Source of the DNA: Terriglobia bacterium
GTDB lineage: Bacteria > Acidobacteriota > Terriglobia > 2-12-FULL-54-10
DNA: 64,000 bases
Assembly: GCA_963666975.2 (NCBI GenBank)
Contig: CAXVYR010000002.1
Location: 288,001 to 352,000 of the forward strand
Direction of reading: 5' to 3'
The stretch's first letter is position 1. Every line of letters starts with the position of its first letter. The translations under genes and the position numbers were made by a program. This document shows positions 49,753 through 59,335 of the stretch, in pieces. The notes beneath the pieces are model-generated. The model saw only the letters and a program-made list of their open reading frames with translations, was not told where the DNA came from and searched no databases.

Positions 49753-52220
49753 AATTCTCTCGACCTCCTCATCTGAAACGGTGGGCTCTTCACTATAGCC
49801 TGAACCAGCGACGACCAGCGGTAGCCGCTGGGAGCGGTCTCTCGCTTGATCCTCCGGATGGCCGGAGCGTCGTAATATTCCACTCCCCGGCCCAGCGCGT
49901 ACGTAAGAAGCTTTTCTGTGAAGGTGGAGACAAAACCCTCCTGTTTGGTCAGCAATACTTCACGAAGACCGGCCGGGCCTTCAAACTGGGTGCCGTCGGG
50001 GAGTAATCCAGACGGATCGATAGCCGTGATTCCCTCGGTGGTTCTCCACCGGCCGATCGCATCAAAGTTTTCCAGCGCGAAACCCAGCGGGTCCATCAAC
50101 TTGTGGCAACTCGCGCAGACTGGATTCTTTCTGTGCTCCTCCATCCGCTGGCGCATGGAAAGGCCCATCACAGCCTTTCCTTCCGGCAGAGACGGAACGT
50201 TGGGCGGCGGCGCCGGCGGCGGCGTACCCAGGATGTTCTCCAGCACCCACTTGCCGCGCAGAACCGGGGAGGTCCGGTTGCCGTATGACGTCACCGTCAT
50301 GATGCTACCTTGGCCTAGCAATCCTCTTCGATTGGGATCGTTGAGCACGACGCGCCGAAAATGGCTGCCATAGACGTTCGGAATCCCATAGTGCCGGGCG
50401 AGGCGTTCGTTCACGAACGTGTAATCCGCCTCCAACAAGTCCACCACGCTACGATCCTCTCGGATAATGCTTTCGAACAAAAGCTCCGTCTCGCGCTGGA
50501 ATGCCCGGCGCAGGTTATCGTCAAATTCTGGAAATATCTCTGGGTCTGGCCTGACTGCATGCAGATTGCGAAGATACAGCCACTGATCGGCGAAATTGGC
50601 CACCAGGGCTTTCGAACGCGCGTCGGCGAGCATGCGCTGCACCTGCTTCTCCAGAATCGCTGGTTCTCTCAGCTTGCCGCGTTCTGCCAAGTCCAGAAGC
50701 TCGTCGTCAGGTATGCTGCTCCACAAGAAGAACGACAAACGAGAGGCCATCTCCAGGTCGCTGACTGGGTAGGGAGTGTCTGGCGGGAGGTTCGCCGGAT
50801 CCCGTTCAATGCGGAACAAAAATTCCGGACCCGCGAGTATCCTTTCCACCGCCATACCGATTCCCGCTTCGAAGCCGCCGCTGTTCTGCCCGGTCTTGAA
50901 CAAGCTGAAAAGAGGTTTCATGTCCTGGTCAGTGACAGGGCGCCGATAAGCTCGGCGTGCCAGCGTGGCGAGAATCTTTCGAGCGCAAGGCTCTTCCTTG
51001 TCGCTAGTGTCTGGGTAACACAGAAAAATCTTGCGGCGGCTGGCTGTGTCCCCAACCCCTTTTAGATCGTAAGGCCCACCGATAGCAACGCTGTCTACTT
51101 CAGGCTCCCCCCCCTTATAGGAAGCTTGGTCGATTTCTGGAAGGCGCGGAAGAGATTCCGGCTTGCTATCAACAAATTGAAGCGCGCCTTCACGCGCCCA
51201 TGTCTCCTTGAGAAAAGTTACCCCAACCACCTGCATACCCGCCTGGGCCGGAAAGCGAACCTCTAAGACTTCGTCCGCCGTAAGTTCATATTCTTCCTGA
51301 GCAGGATCCCCTTGTCCCGCGGTTGAGAACACTGGAGCCGACTTGCCCCTCCTCTCACCCCCGATGGCGAATAGTTTAATTCTGGCGCCATCCAAGCGCA
51401 CATCGAGCTCGTAGAGGTCGCCCAGACCACGGATACGATCTCGGTTGTCTCTTTGCAGCCGGATCTTGATGACGTACTGGCCGTCCGCCGGGAAGTAATG
51501 CCGAATGGCAATTCCGCCCCGCGACCCGAACGGGAGATCTTCACTCATGCGGGCTTCCTGACTGAGATACTTGGACAACTCATACGTCTCGATCACAGGA
51601 CGAATGGCTGCATCTCCTATTGCGAGACGGCTAATCTTCTTTGCCGCTGACAGGTACTTTTCCATCCGCAGCGGCGACACCGAAAGCGCGTCACCGATGT
51701 TGTCAAAACCATAGTTCGATTCGTCGGCAGGAAGAAGCGAGCCGACGTCAATCACGACTGCGAGCAAGTCCCGGATGGCGTTCTTGTATTCGGCCTGATT
51801 GAGGCGATGAACGGCCGCTGATCTGCCGGGATTAGGCTTGGCAGCGGCGGCACGGTCAATTTCGGTTTCCAGGTACGTGATGAGGGACTCATAGGCGGAC
51901 CTGTCTGGTCTCGGCATACCCGGAGGCGGCATGGAACCGGCTCGCAGCTTGCGGATGGCTTTTTCCCACACTTCCGCACCCGCCGGAACCTGCTTGAGAT
52001 CCATCTTGTCGAGCATCAGCCCCGCTGTTTTTAATCTCTCGTTGTGGCAGGTGACGCAATATTGGTTGACAACTGTACGGTACGCCAAGGAAGGTTCTGC
52101 TGCTGGGCTCGCGGACTCCGGCATCGCAGCCTGAAGAGAGCCACTCCCCGCGATGAGTATCCCCATCAAGCCCAGGAACATTCGCAACATCATGCCCGCC
52201 TCCCGTCCTGCCATCCCCAA
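49749..52220 (-). CDS. DUF1592-family protein (cytochrome c + DUF1587/1595/1592/1588/1585)
   Basis: CVTCH and CASCH heme motifs; RLN..EY.NAIRDLL, ASRLSFFLWSS.PD, RTSPV.RGKW and DPLGFALENFD. Confidence 0.9.
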   Translation of the reverse strand: MGMAGREAGMMLRMFLGLMGILIAGSGSLQAAMPESASPAAEPSLAYRTVVNQYCVTCHNERLKTAGLMLDKMDLKQVPAGAEVWEKAIRKLRAGSMPPPGMPRPDRSAYESLITYLETEIDRAAAAKPNPGRSAAVHRLNQAEYKNAIRDLLAVVIDVGSLLPADESNYGFDNIGDALSVSPLRMEKYLSAAKKISRLAIGDAAIRPVIETYELSKYLSQEARMSEDLPFGSRGGIAIRHYFPADGQYVIKIRLQRDNRDRIRGLGDLYELDVRLDGARIKLFAIGGERRGKSAPVFSTAGQGDPAQEEYELTADEVLEVRFPAQAGMQVVGVTFLKETWAREGALQFVDSKPESLPRLPEIDQASYKGGEPEVDSVAIGGPYDLKGVGDTASRRKIFLCYPDTSDKEEPCARKILATLARRAYRRPVTDQDMKPLFSLFKTGQNSGGFEAGIGMAVERILAGPEFLFRIERDPANLPPDTPYPVSDLEMASRLSFFLWSSIPDDELLDLAERGKLREPAILEKQVQRMLADARSKALVANFADQWLYLRNLHAVRPDPEIFPEFDDNLRRAFQRETELLFESIIREDRSVVDLLEADYTFVNERLARHYGIPNVYGSHFRRVVLNDPNRRGLLGQGSIMTVTSYGNRTSPVLRGKWVLENILGTPPPAPPPNVPSLPEGKAVMGLSMRQRMEEHRKNPVCASCHKLMDPLGFALENFDAIGRWRTTEGITAIDPSGLLPDGTQFEGPAGLREVLLTKQEGFVSTFTEKLLTYALGRGVEYYDAPAIRRIKRETAPSGYRWSSLVQAIVKSPPFQMRRSREL

Positions 52221-52498
52221 CTCTTACACTCGGGTATTATAACCGTGAAACAATACGAAGGGCGACTCCTCTTGATGAGCACTCGGACTCTTCGTTTCTC
52301 TCTGGCTTCCAAGCCCTTTTCGCCCTCCCGCAAGCGAAACAGGTGCCTTGATCGTATAGCGTTACGGGCCTTTCCGCAAATGCTAAATTTATATTTTTTG
52401 AGGTTTTGTTCAGGGAGATTTGAAATCGGCTGTCTTTGGCGGCCCGGCAGTTTTTCCCTGTCGTTTTAGATTTTCTATGCGTACAATTCCCTTCGGAT

Positions 52499-53200
52499 AT
52501 GCGCAACCTTTTTGACCCATACAAACAACCCGAGAATCGGCTGACACACGCGCTCGTTTCTGCTCTCGGAGCGGACTCAAGACTGCTTGGCAGGTTTGTG
52601 TGATGGATAACAGAAGAAACGGTTCCCGTCGCCAAGAAGCTAACGGTTTTGGAGCAGCGATCGCCTGGAGAGGAAGAGGCTGCAAGCGAAGAGGAAGCTG
52701 AACGATGCAGTTTGCCGGACGCATGGATTCATGACGGGATGGGCTGGGAGCCGGCTTCTTGGTCTCCCGGCTTTCCGAGTGACGTACAGGATTACGTAAA
52801 GAGTTGGGGCTTCGTTGGGGATGGCCGTTTGTTGTTTGCAGAGGTAGAAACAGACGGCCTGACTGCATTTTCTGAGCAGTATTTCTTATTTGCCGCTGTG
52901 CTCTTACTGGATCAAGGGGCCGACTCGTTTTCCAACGATGCGTTATCCGATGAACGACTCCCAGTTGGGGAGCCATTCGTAATCACGGGCAAGAGGATCA
53001 GAACGGAGATTCATGTTAGCGACGCTTTCGAAGCCAGAATTAATAACACAGCGCGAATCAGGGTCAGCTACTATCTGTACTTGCTGCCGCAGACTGCAAA
53101 AGAAGCAAAAATAGCGATGCTTGATGATGGGAACAAGGCCGGTGGACATATCATCGGAAACAGAAGAATCTACGCGGGAAAACCATTGGCCACGAACTGA
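52499..53200 (+). pseudogene. Degraded/chimeric hypothetical gene
   Basis: MRNLFDPYKQPENRLTHAL... has an in-frame TGA at about 52601, continues to LPDAWI (possible PD-(D/E)XK start), then switches to unrelated-looking sequence. Confidence 0.45.
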
Positions 53201-53802
53201 TGTAGATTATTCTGCCCCTGTGCGCCCATGTACTGCCATGCAAGAATTCTATCAACTTTCCCCTGGATGACATTTGTCGATAGCGAGAACCTTGAAAACC
53301 GAGACCACAGGGTCAGGAGGGAAACATGGAATGTTTGCGCAGCACAGGCACGTTGATCGTTGCCGGACCGAGTCGCGATGGTTTGATCATTGCCGCTGAT
53401 CGGTGTGCCACACTCCCTGATGGCCAAAAATACTCCAAACACAATCTGAATTCATAAACATAGCCGACCAATGCGGAGTGGTATCGAGTAGTGTTGCCGA
53501 TACAACCCTAGAAACCTCAGAGAAGGTGTGCGTCGCAATGATCGAACTGGCCGCGAAGACCGCCGCCAGCAGTCGCTATCCGCCATCATCCGGAATAGAA
53601 CCGCCGATAGACGTTCTTTGTATCGGAGAAAAGGCGCCGCCGGTGAAACGCCAATGGGAATCATTCGACAACTAGGCATCTGAGAAATATTAGATTGAGC
53701 CGGCCAGGCGGCGGGCGTATGCTTTTGGGGGAAGGTGAAGCTCAAAATGGAAATTCCGGCTTACAGGCATGGTGCGACATCCGGAATTATTTCGGGCAAG
53801 AA

Positions 53803-54660
53803 ATGCAACTAGGAGACTTCGAGATTTCAGCAGTGACCGACGGCCACTTCCGTCTTGACGGCGGATCGATGTTCGGAATTGTTCCGCGCGTTCTTTGGGA
53901 AAAAAAGATCGCTCCGGATGACCGGCATCGCATTCGTCTCGTAGTGCGATGCCTGCTGGTGCGCAATGGCAAGCGAACCGTCCTGCTCGATGCAGGCCTG
54001 GGCAACAAATTCTCCGATGAGTTTCGCGACCGTTACGCCGTGGAGCAGCCGGTTACTCTGATTGAGAACCTCCAGAAGGCGGGAGTTCGCCCGGAGGATG
54101 TGACCGACGTCATCAACTGCCACCTTCATTTCGACCACGCCGGCTGGAACACGATACGGAAAGACGGCCAGCTTGCGCCGACCTTTCCCAATGCACGGTA
54201 TTGGTCCCAGCGCGACGAATGGGAACGGGCGCGGGACTATGCCGCGCAGCGAGACCGGGGCAGCTTTTCCCCTGACGATTTTCTCCCGCTGGAAAGAGAA
54301 CGCTGGGAGCTGGTAGAAGGCGACCATGCAATCCTGCCGGGAATGGAGCTTCTGGTCCTGCCCGGCCATACGCCTCACACGCAAGGGGTCTTGCTGACCG
54401 CCGGAGAACAGAAAGTAGCCTTTCTGGAGGACTTGATTCCCACTGCGCATCACGTTCCCTATGCCTGGATCATGGCCTTCGACCTGCACGCAGCCGGAAC
54501 GCTGGCTACCAAACGTAAAATCTTGCCGCGCGCCGTCCGCGAAAAATGGATCTGTGTCTTCGACCATGACCCTGACTTGGTGGCGGCCCGCATTGCAGAA
54601 GATTCGAGGGGAAGACTGAGTGTGATTCCGGCAGAAGGATTTTCTGACAACTCCGGATAG
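53803..54660 (+). CDS. MBL-fold metallo-hydrolase (YtnP-like)
   Basis: FRLDGGSMFGIVP..LW, HLHFDHAG, PGHT, W.MAFD and FDHDP. Confidence 0.9.
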   Translation: MQLGDFEISAVTDGHFRLDGGSMFGIVPRVLWEKKIAPDDRHRIRLVVRCLLVRNGKRTVLLDAGLGNKFSDEFRDRYAVEQPVTLIENLQKAGVRPEDVTDVINCHLHFDHAGWNTIRKDGQLAPTFPNARYWSQRDEWERARDYAAQRDRGSFSPDDFLPLERERWELVEGDHAILPGMELLVLPGHTPHTQGVLLTAGEQKVAFLEDLIPTAHHVPYAWIMAFDLHAAGTLATKRKILPRAVREKWICVFDHDPDLVAARIAEDSRGRLSVIPAEGFSDNSG

Positions 54661-54814
54661 CATCACTACACAATTTTAGGGCTTATTTCCTTTCTGTTAC
54701 CGTGACCGGAAAACGAAGCTCGAAATCCAGCACGGTCTCACTGGCGATAACGGCAGCTTCCCCCCGAGTGGCCAGAACAACACCCGTGCCAGCACCCGCA
54801 CCGGTAGCTGCGCC

Positions 54815-54867
54815 ACTGAAGTCGTGTCCTGACGAACCCCTATACATCAATCCGTAAAATGCTGTAG
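54815..54867. repeat. REP-associated repeat ending AAATGCTGTAG (copy 2), abutting the integrase break
   Basis: Near-identical to 18359-18411. Confidence 0.8.
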
Positions 54868-55578
54868 TGCCACCTTACGCGCGCGGCCGTTCTTCGCCTC
54901 TGATCCACGTAGCTGGATCATTCGAGCTTCTATGTCCAGGTCAGCCCAGGACAGGGAAGCAATCTCGTCCCGCCTCCAGCCGGTGAGATATCCGAAGTGG
55001 CAAAAGTCCCGCACGTAATCTGGGAGCTTTTCTACCATGGCCATAAAACCCGCATGCTCAAAGAAACCCATCCTGACGTTATCTGATTCTGAGAGTCGCC
55101 GGATTTTAGGGGCTACGCTCAATCGGCGCCTGTCAACTGCCAGGCGGAAAGCCTGGGCCAACAGCCCGGTCTCTCGGTTCGCGGTAGCCGGCGCCATCCC
55201 TTCCACAAGCCTAGACTCAATATAGTGATCTACGGCTTCGGTTGTGATTACCATTGCCCGCCGGTCTCCGAAAGCAGCCCTTACCTGTTTCAAGTGGGAC
55301 TGTATCCCGGCCAAGCTCCGCACCTTTCTGATTCTCAGATCGGCTTCAAGGGCGTCCAACAATTCGCCTGCCAGCACGCGGTCCTGGCTTGGACCTACAA
55401 ACGCCTTCAGACCGAGCGAATCCGCGCCGACTTCTTTAAGGCGCCGCTTTAACAACCTCTCCGCGTCTTTCCTTTCGGCGGAGCTGCTGGATTCTCTGAC
55501 CTCCTTACCACGATGGCAATATGCAATCCAATAAAAGGTACTGTTCGGTCTCTTGAAAATCCTTCCATTCCCCCTCAT
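54865..55578 (-). pseudogene. Tyrosine integrase, N-terminal part (238 codons)
   Basis: MRGNGRIFKR...WIAY...RESS, PATANRE, TGWRRDEI.SL.W (catalytic Arg) and KNGRARKVAL, then repeat-derived sequence. Confidence 0.88.
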
Positions 55579-55733
55579 TTTGCACCTCCTTTTCGCAGTA
55601 AGTAGTCGCGCAGTGCATCGCCAACAACGTCCTGGAAATCCCGATCCTCGTCAATTGCCCGCTTTCGCCCGTCCTTCCACAGGCTCTCAGGGAAACCGAT
55701 AGAGGTCTTGACCATTTTCTCTCCCAGCATCAT
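55575..55733 (-). CDS. Small ribbon-helix-helix-like protein (52 aa), coupled to the integrase start
   Basis: MMLGEKMVKTSIGFPESLWKDGRKRAIDEDRDFQDVVGDALRDYLLRKGGAK; ATGA overlap with the integrase; AAGGAG RBS. Confidence 0.65.
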   Translation of the reverse strand: MMLGEKMVKTSIGFPESLWKDGRKRAIDEDRDFQDVVGDALRDYLLRKGGAK

Positions 55734-55759
55734 CTTCTTCTCCTTTCGTTGCTCTTTTG

Positions 55760-55811
55760 TGTCCAGGGCGGAGAAACATTAGACCAGCGGGGCGGAGAGA
55801 AATTAGACCCC
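55760..55811 (+). mobile_element. IS21-like terminal remnant
   Basis: TGTCCAGGGCGGAG start with two direct repeats GGCGGAGA..A.ATTAGACC, the multi-repeat end architecture of IS21. Confidence 0.5.
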
Positions 55812-55813
55812 TT

Positions 55814-55941
55814 CTAGAGCATTTCTCCCGATAGTGTATAGGCGGAATGTAGCGCCGCCATTCTGGCGGCCCAATGAGCCAGCGAAGACGCTGGCGCTAC
55901 GTGACTGCCGGAACTCTATACCTACGGGAGAAATGCTGTAG
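55814..55941. repeat. 128-bp MITE/REPIN-like element
   Basis: Terminal IR CTAGAGCATTTCTCCC...GGGAGAAATGCTGTAG encloses the GTAG-type REP doublet GTAGCGCCGCCATTCTGGCGGC...GCCAGCGAAGACGCTGGCGCTAC. Confidence 0.8.
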
Positions 55942-56345
55942 AAGGGGAATTGTGGGAAATCATCGAGCGCCGGGGGAACGAGCGAAGCTACCAGAAGCCC
56001 GACGGAACTGTGGGAATGTCCCTTTATGTTTTCCACCGGAAGGGGCAGCCCATTGGTGATTTCCGAAAGGTATGGGATTCGGCACACAGGGCGGCCGGGC
56101 TTGGAGGAAAACTCTCCCACGATTTTCGCAGAACGGCAGCCCGAAATAGGAGAAGAGCCGGGGTTCCGGAAAAGGTGTGCATGGATCTTCTCGGCCATCG
56201 CACAACGTCCATGTTCCACAGGTATTCCATTACCGATGAGCAGGACATCCGCGAGGCGGTGATTAAAACCCGGCAGTACCTGAAAACCGTGTCGTCAGTA
56301 AAGACTGTGGTGCCCGTCAAGAAAGCCAGTGGAGAAAATTCCTAA
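55941..56345 (+). pseudogene. Tyrosine integrase, C-terminal part (134 codons)
   Basis: EGELWEIIERR...YVFH...HDFRRTAARN...LLGHRT.SMFHRY; carries the HxxR, H and Y catalytic residues. Confidence 0.88.
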
Positions 56346-56454
56346 TGTGCCTTCCCAAGCCTTTTCGGACAGTTTTCGGACAGTTGCACCATTGTGGTGC
56401 AATCCCGCCAACAAGCAATTCCCACCAAGTGATTGAAAAATTACGTGAAAAATT

Positions 56455-56529
56455 TGGCTCCTCAGGCAGGACTCGAACCTGCAACCCTTCGGTTAACAGC
56501 CGAATGCTCTACCATTGAGCTACTGAGGA
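56455..56529 (-). tRNA. tRNA-Asn(GTT)
   Basis: TCCTCAGTAGCTCAATGGTAGAGCATTCGGCT-GTT-AACCGAAGGGTTGCAGGTTCGAGTCCTGCCTGAGGAGCCA; full cloverleaf with encoded CCA. Confidence 0.97.
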
Positions 56530-56649
56530 GTGGCTCGAAAAGATCGGCGTACTTATTGAAGCAGACCGTTCCTTCGCTGTCAAGCTGGCCCTCCTCCTGA
56601 ATTGGCCCCATCACTTGCCCGCCGCATCTTTATGTTATAATTAGCCATA

Positions 56650-58005
56650 ATGTCCAAGTTCGATCCTTTATGGTGCCAAGAGCGCACCTTAGAAGCGGTC
56701 CTCGACAACATCTCCGACGGGGTGCTTACCTATGACCGCGACCTCCGAATCACCGGCGTGAACCGGGCCGCCGAGGAGATTCTGGGGTATTCGGCGGACG
56801 AGATCGTCGGCGGCCAGTGCAAAGAGGTATTTCGCTGCGGAGTCTGCGAGCCTGAATGCGGCTTCGGGGTGGCGCTGGCCAGCCAGCAAAACGTAGCCAA
56901 CTCCACCGTCCGGATTCATACGGCACAAGGCCAGGAACGGCTGGCCGTCATCAACACCGCTCCCATCAAAAACGAAAACGGACATATGGAAGGGGTGGTG
57001 GTGACGTTCAAAGATGTCACCGACCAAGTGGAACCCCAGGACCGCTATTTTGTTACGGAATCTCCCCGCATGCGGCAGGTGCTCGCCTTCGTCCGCAAGG
57101 TGGCCAGCAGTGAAGCCAGCTCCATCCTGATTGAGGGGGAGAGCGGCACGGGCAAGGACCTGATCGCCAAGATGTTTCACTATCAAAGCATGCGGCAGGC
57201 CTATTCGTTCATCGCCATCAACTGTTCCGCGATCCCGGAGAACCTGCTTGAAGCCGAGTTGTTCGGCTACGAGAAGGGCTCCTTCACCGACGCCAAGAAC
57301 CAAAAGCGCGGGCTAGTGGAACTGGCCGACAAAGGCACCCTGCTGCTGGACGAAATCGGCGAGATGCCGCTGCTGCTGCAAACCAAACTGCTCCGGGTTC
57401 TGGAGGACCAGATGGTGCGCCGCATCGGCGGAGTGAAGGATTTTTCGGTGGACGTCCGGGTTATCGCGGTCACCAACCGCAACCTCCAGGAAGCCGTCCG
57501 GGTCGGCGCCTTCCGGCAGGACCTGTATTACCGCCTAAACGTCATCCAGATATATATCCCGACGCTGCGAGAGCGCCCCGAGGACATCCTGCCGCTGGTG
57601 CAGTATTTCATCACCCACTACAACAAAAAGTTCAAGCGCAAGATTCTCGGCGTGTCGCCGGAGGCGGAAAAACTCTTGCAGCGGCATCACTGGCCCGGCA
57701 ATGTCCGGGAGCTTCGCAATGCCATTGAGCGCGCCATGATCCTGGAGGACGATTCCAACCTGCAGGTTTCCAATCTTCCGATTGCGCTCAACCGCACAGA
57801 GATGCCCTCCGCCTCGGTCGGCGTGGAGATCCCCGAAACCGGCCTCTCGCTCGAGGCAACCGAACGAGAGATGATTTCCCGTGCCCTGTCCAAAACGGGA
57901 GGCAATCAGACACACGCTGCCCGCCTGCTCAGCATTACCCGAGATACCCTCCGCTACAAGATGAAAAAATTCAGTTGGGATAACTCCCGGGAGGATTTCC
58001 CATGA
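56650..58005 (+). CDS. PAS-domain sigma-54-dependent Fis-family transcriptional activator
   Basis: PAS (DGVL..D.., NRAAE.ILGY), GESGTGKD, ELFGYEKGSFTDA, LDEIGEM, FRQDLYYRLNV, WPGNVREL and a C-terminal HTH. Confidence 0.93.
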   Translation: MSKFDPLWCQERTLEAVLDNISDGVLTYDRDLRITGVNRAAEEILGYSADEIVGGQCKEVFRCGVCEPECGFGVALASQQNVANSTVRIHTAQGQERLAVINTAPIKNENGHMEGVVVTFKDVTDQVEPQDRYFVTESPRMRQVLAFVRKVASSEASSILIEGESGTGKDLIAKMFHYQSMRQAYSFIAINCSAIPENLLEAELFGYEKGSFTDAKNQKRGLVELADKGTLLLDEIGEMPLLLQTKLLRVLEDQMVRRIGGVKDFSVDVRVIAVTNRNLQEAVRVGAFRQDLYYRLNVIQIYIPTLRERPEDILPLVQYFITHYNKKFKRKILGVSPEAEKLLQRHHWPGNVRELRNAIERAMILEDDSNLQVSNLPIALNRTEMPSASVGVEIPETGLSLEATEREMISRALSKTGGNQTHAARLLSITRDTLRYKMKKFSWDNSREDFP

Positions 58006-58172
58006 ATGCCCACCACATTTCCAGTTTGCAGCAATCACCAACCGAGGGGCGGTACAAATGCTCGAAGTGCTTCTTCGAGATCAACCTGAAGAAAGGGCAG
58101 ATGGTTCCGCCCTGTCCCCGTTGCGGCTCCGGGCAGTACGAAGAGTCCAGCGACACGGCGCCGTGTCCATAG
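58002..58172 (+). CDS. Small zinc-ribbon protein (56 aa)
   Basis: MNAHHISSLQQSPTEGRYKCSKC...VPPCPRCGSGQY...; ATGA overlap with the activator stop; GGAGG RBS. Confidence 0.7.
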   Translation: MNAHHISSLQQSPTEGRYKCSKCFFEINLKKGQMVPPCPRCGSGQYEESSDTAPCP

Positions 58173-58220
58173 GTTAAAATCCCGCATCTGCACGACTGCA
58201 TTCCCTTTGTCGATCTGCGG

Positions 58221-58249
58221 TTGACGAACGATGAAAGAATCATTACGCT
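58221..58249 (+). promoter_or_regulatory. Putative sigma70 promoter
   Basis: TTGACG-17 nt-TACGCT about 25 nt upstream of the dehydrogenase start. Confidence 0.4.
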
Positions 58250-58273
58250 GGGGCAGTTTCGTTCGGGGTCGCC

Positions 58274-59272
58274 ATGCGTATTGCTTTTTTTGAGGTCCAT
58301 GAATGGGAGCGCCAGCATCTCCAAGAAAAGCTCTCCGGACATCAGACTAGCTTTTTCCCAGACAAAATCCAGGAGGCCGATTTCAGCGCCCTGCAGGACG
58401 TGGAGGTCCTCTCGGTTTTCATCTATTCCCAGGTAACCGCACGCGTTCTGGAAATGCTGCCCCGGTTGCGCCTGCTGGCGACGCGCTCCACCGGCTATGA
58501 CCACATTGACCTCGAAACCTGCCGCGGCAGAGGCGTCGATGTCGCCACCGTTCCCAGCTACGGCGAGAACACCGTGGCCGAGCATACCTTCGCGCTGATC
58601 CTGGCCCTATCCCGGCACGTTCATAAGTTTTACGCGCGGGTCTCTGCGGGAAACTTTTCCCGCGAAGGGCTCACCGGCTTTGACCTGAAGGGGAGAACGA
58701 TTGGGGTTCTGGGCGTCGGCCGCATCGGCTTGCACGTCATCAAGATCGCCCGCGGTTTCGGCATGGAGGTGCTGGCGACAGACATTCGGCAGGACGCTTT
58801 TCTCGCCGAGTTGATGAATTTTCGCTATGTGCCGGCGGAACATCTGCTGGCGCATTCCGACATCATCAGCCTCCACATACCCTACACTCCTTCCACCCAC
58901 CACTTTCTGGACCGGGAAAAGCTGGCTCTGGTCCGCAAAGGAGCGCTGTTGATCAACACGTCGCGCGGCGGTCTGGTGGACACCTCCGCATTGCTGGCTG
59001 CCCTGGACGACGGCACGCTAGCCGGCGCCGGGCTGGACGTCGTGGAGGGAGAGCAATACATCTCGGAGGAACAAGCGATGCTCCGCGCCGAGCAGCCCGC
59101 CGAGGTGCTGCGGGAAGTCCTGCAGGATCACATTCTGTTCCGCCGCGAAAACGTTGTCTTCACTCCCCACAACGCCTTCAACAGCCGGGAAGCCCTGCTC
59201 CGCATCCTGGACACGACGGTCGAAAACATTCGCGGCTTTCTGCAGGGCGCGCCCGTGAACCTGGTGGGGTGA
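58274..59272 (+). CDS. D-2-hydroxyacid (D-lactate-type) dehydrogenase
   Basis: RSTGYDHID, VPSYG..TVAEH, GVLGVGRIG, INTSRG, GLDVVEGE and TPHNAF. Confidence 0.9.
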   Translation: MRIAFFEVHEWERQHLQEKLSGHQTSFFPDKIQEADFSALQDVEVLSVFIYSQVTARVLEMLPRLRLLATRSTGYDHIDLETCRGRGVDVATVPSYGENTVAEHTFALILALSRHVHKFYARVSAGNFSREGLTGFDLKGRTIGVLGVGRIGLHVIKIARGFGMEVLATDIRQDAFLAELMNFRYVPAEHLLAHSDIISLHIPYTPSTHHFLDREKLALVRKGALLINTSRGGLVDTSALLAALDDGTLAGAGLDVVEGEQYISEEQAMLRAEQPAEVLREVLQDHILFRRENVVFTPHNAFNSREALLRILDTTVENIRGFLQGAPVNLVG

Positions 59273-59335
59273 ACCATCGGCGGGTCCGCCAATACACTAT
59301 TGAGCCATTAGCGAAGCCCGACTATACTTCAACCC

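Noticed and set aside
53200-53700. Short ORFs between the pseudogene and the MBL hydrolase
   Set aside because: No recognisable motif or consistent frame; left unannotated.
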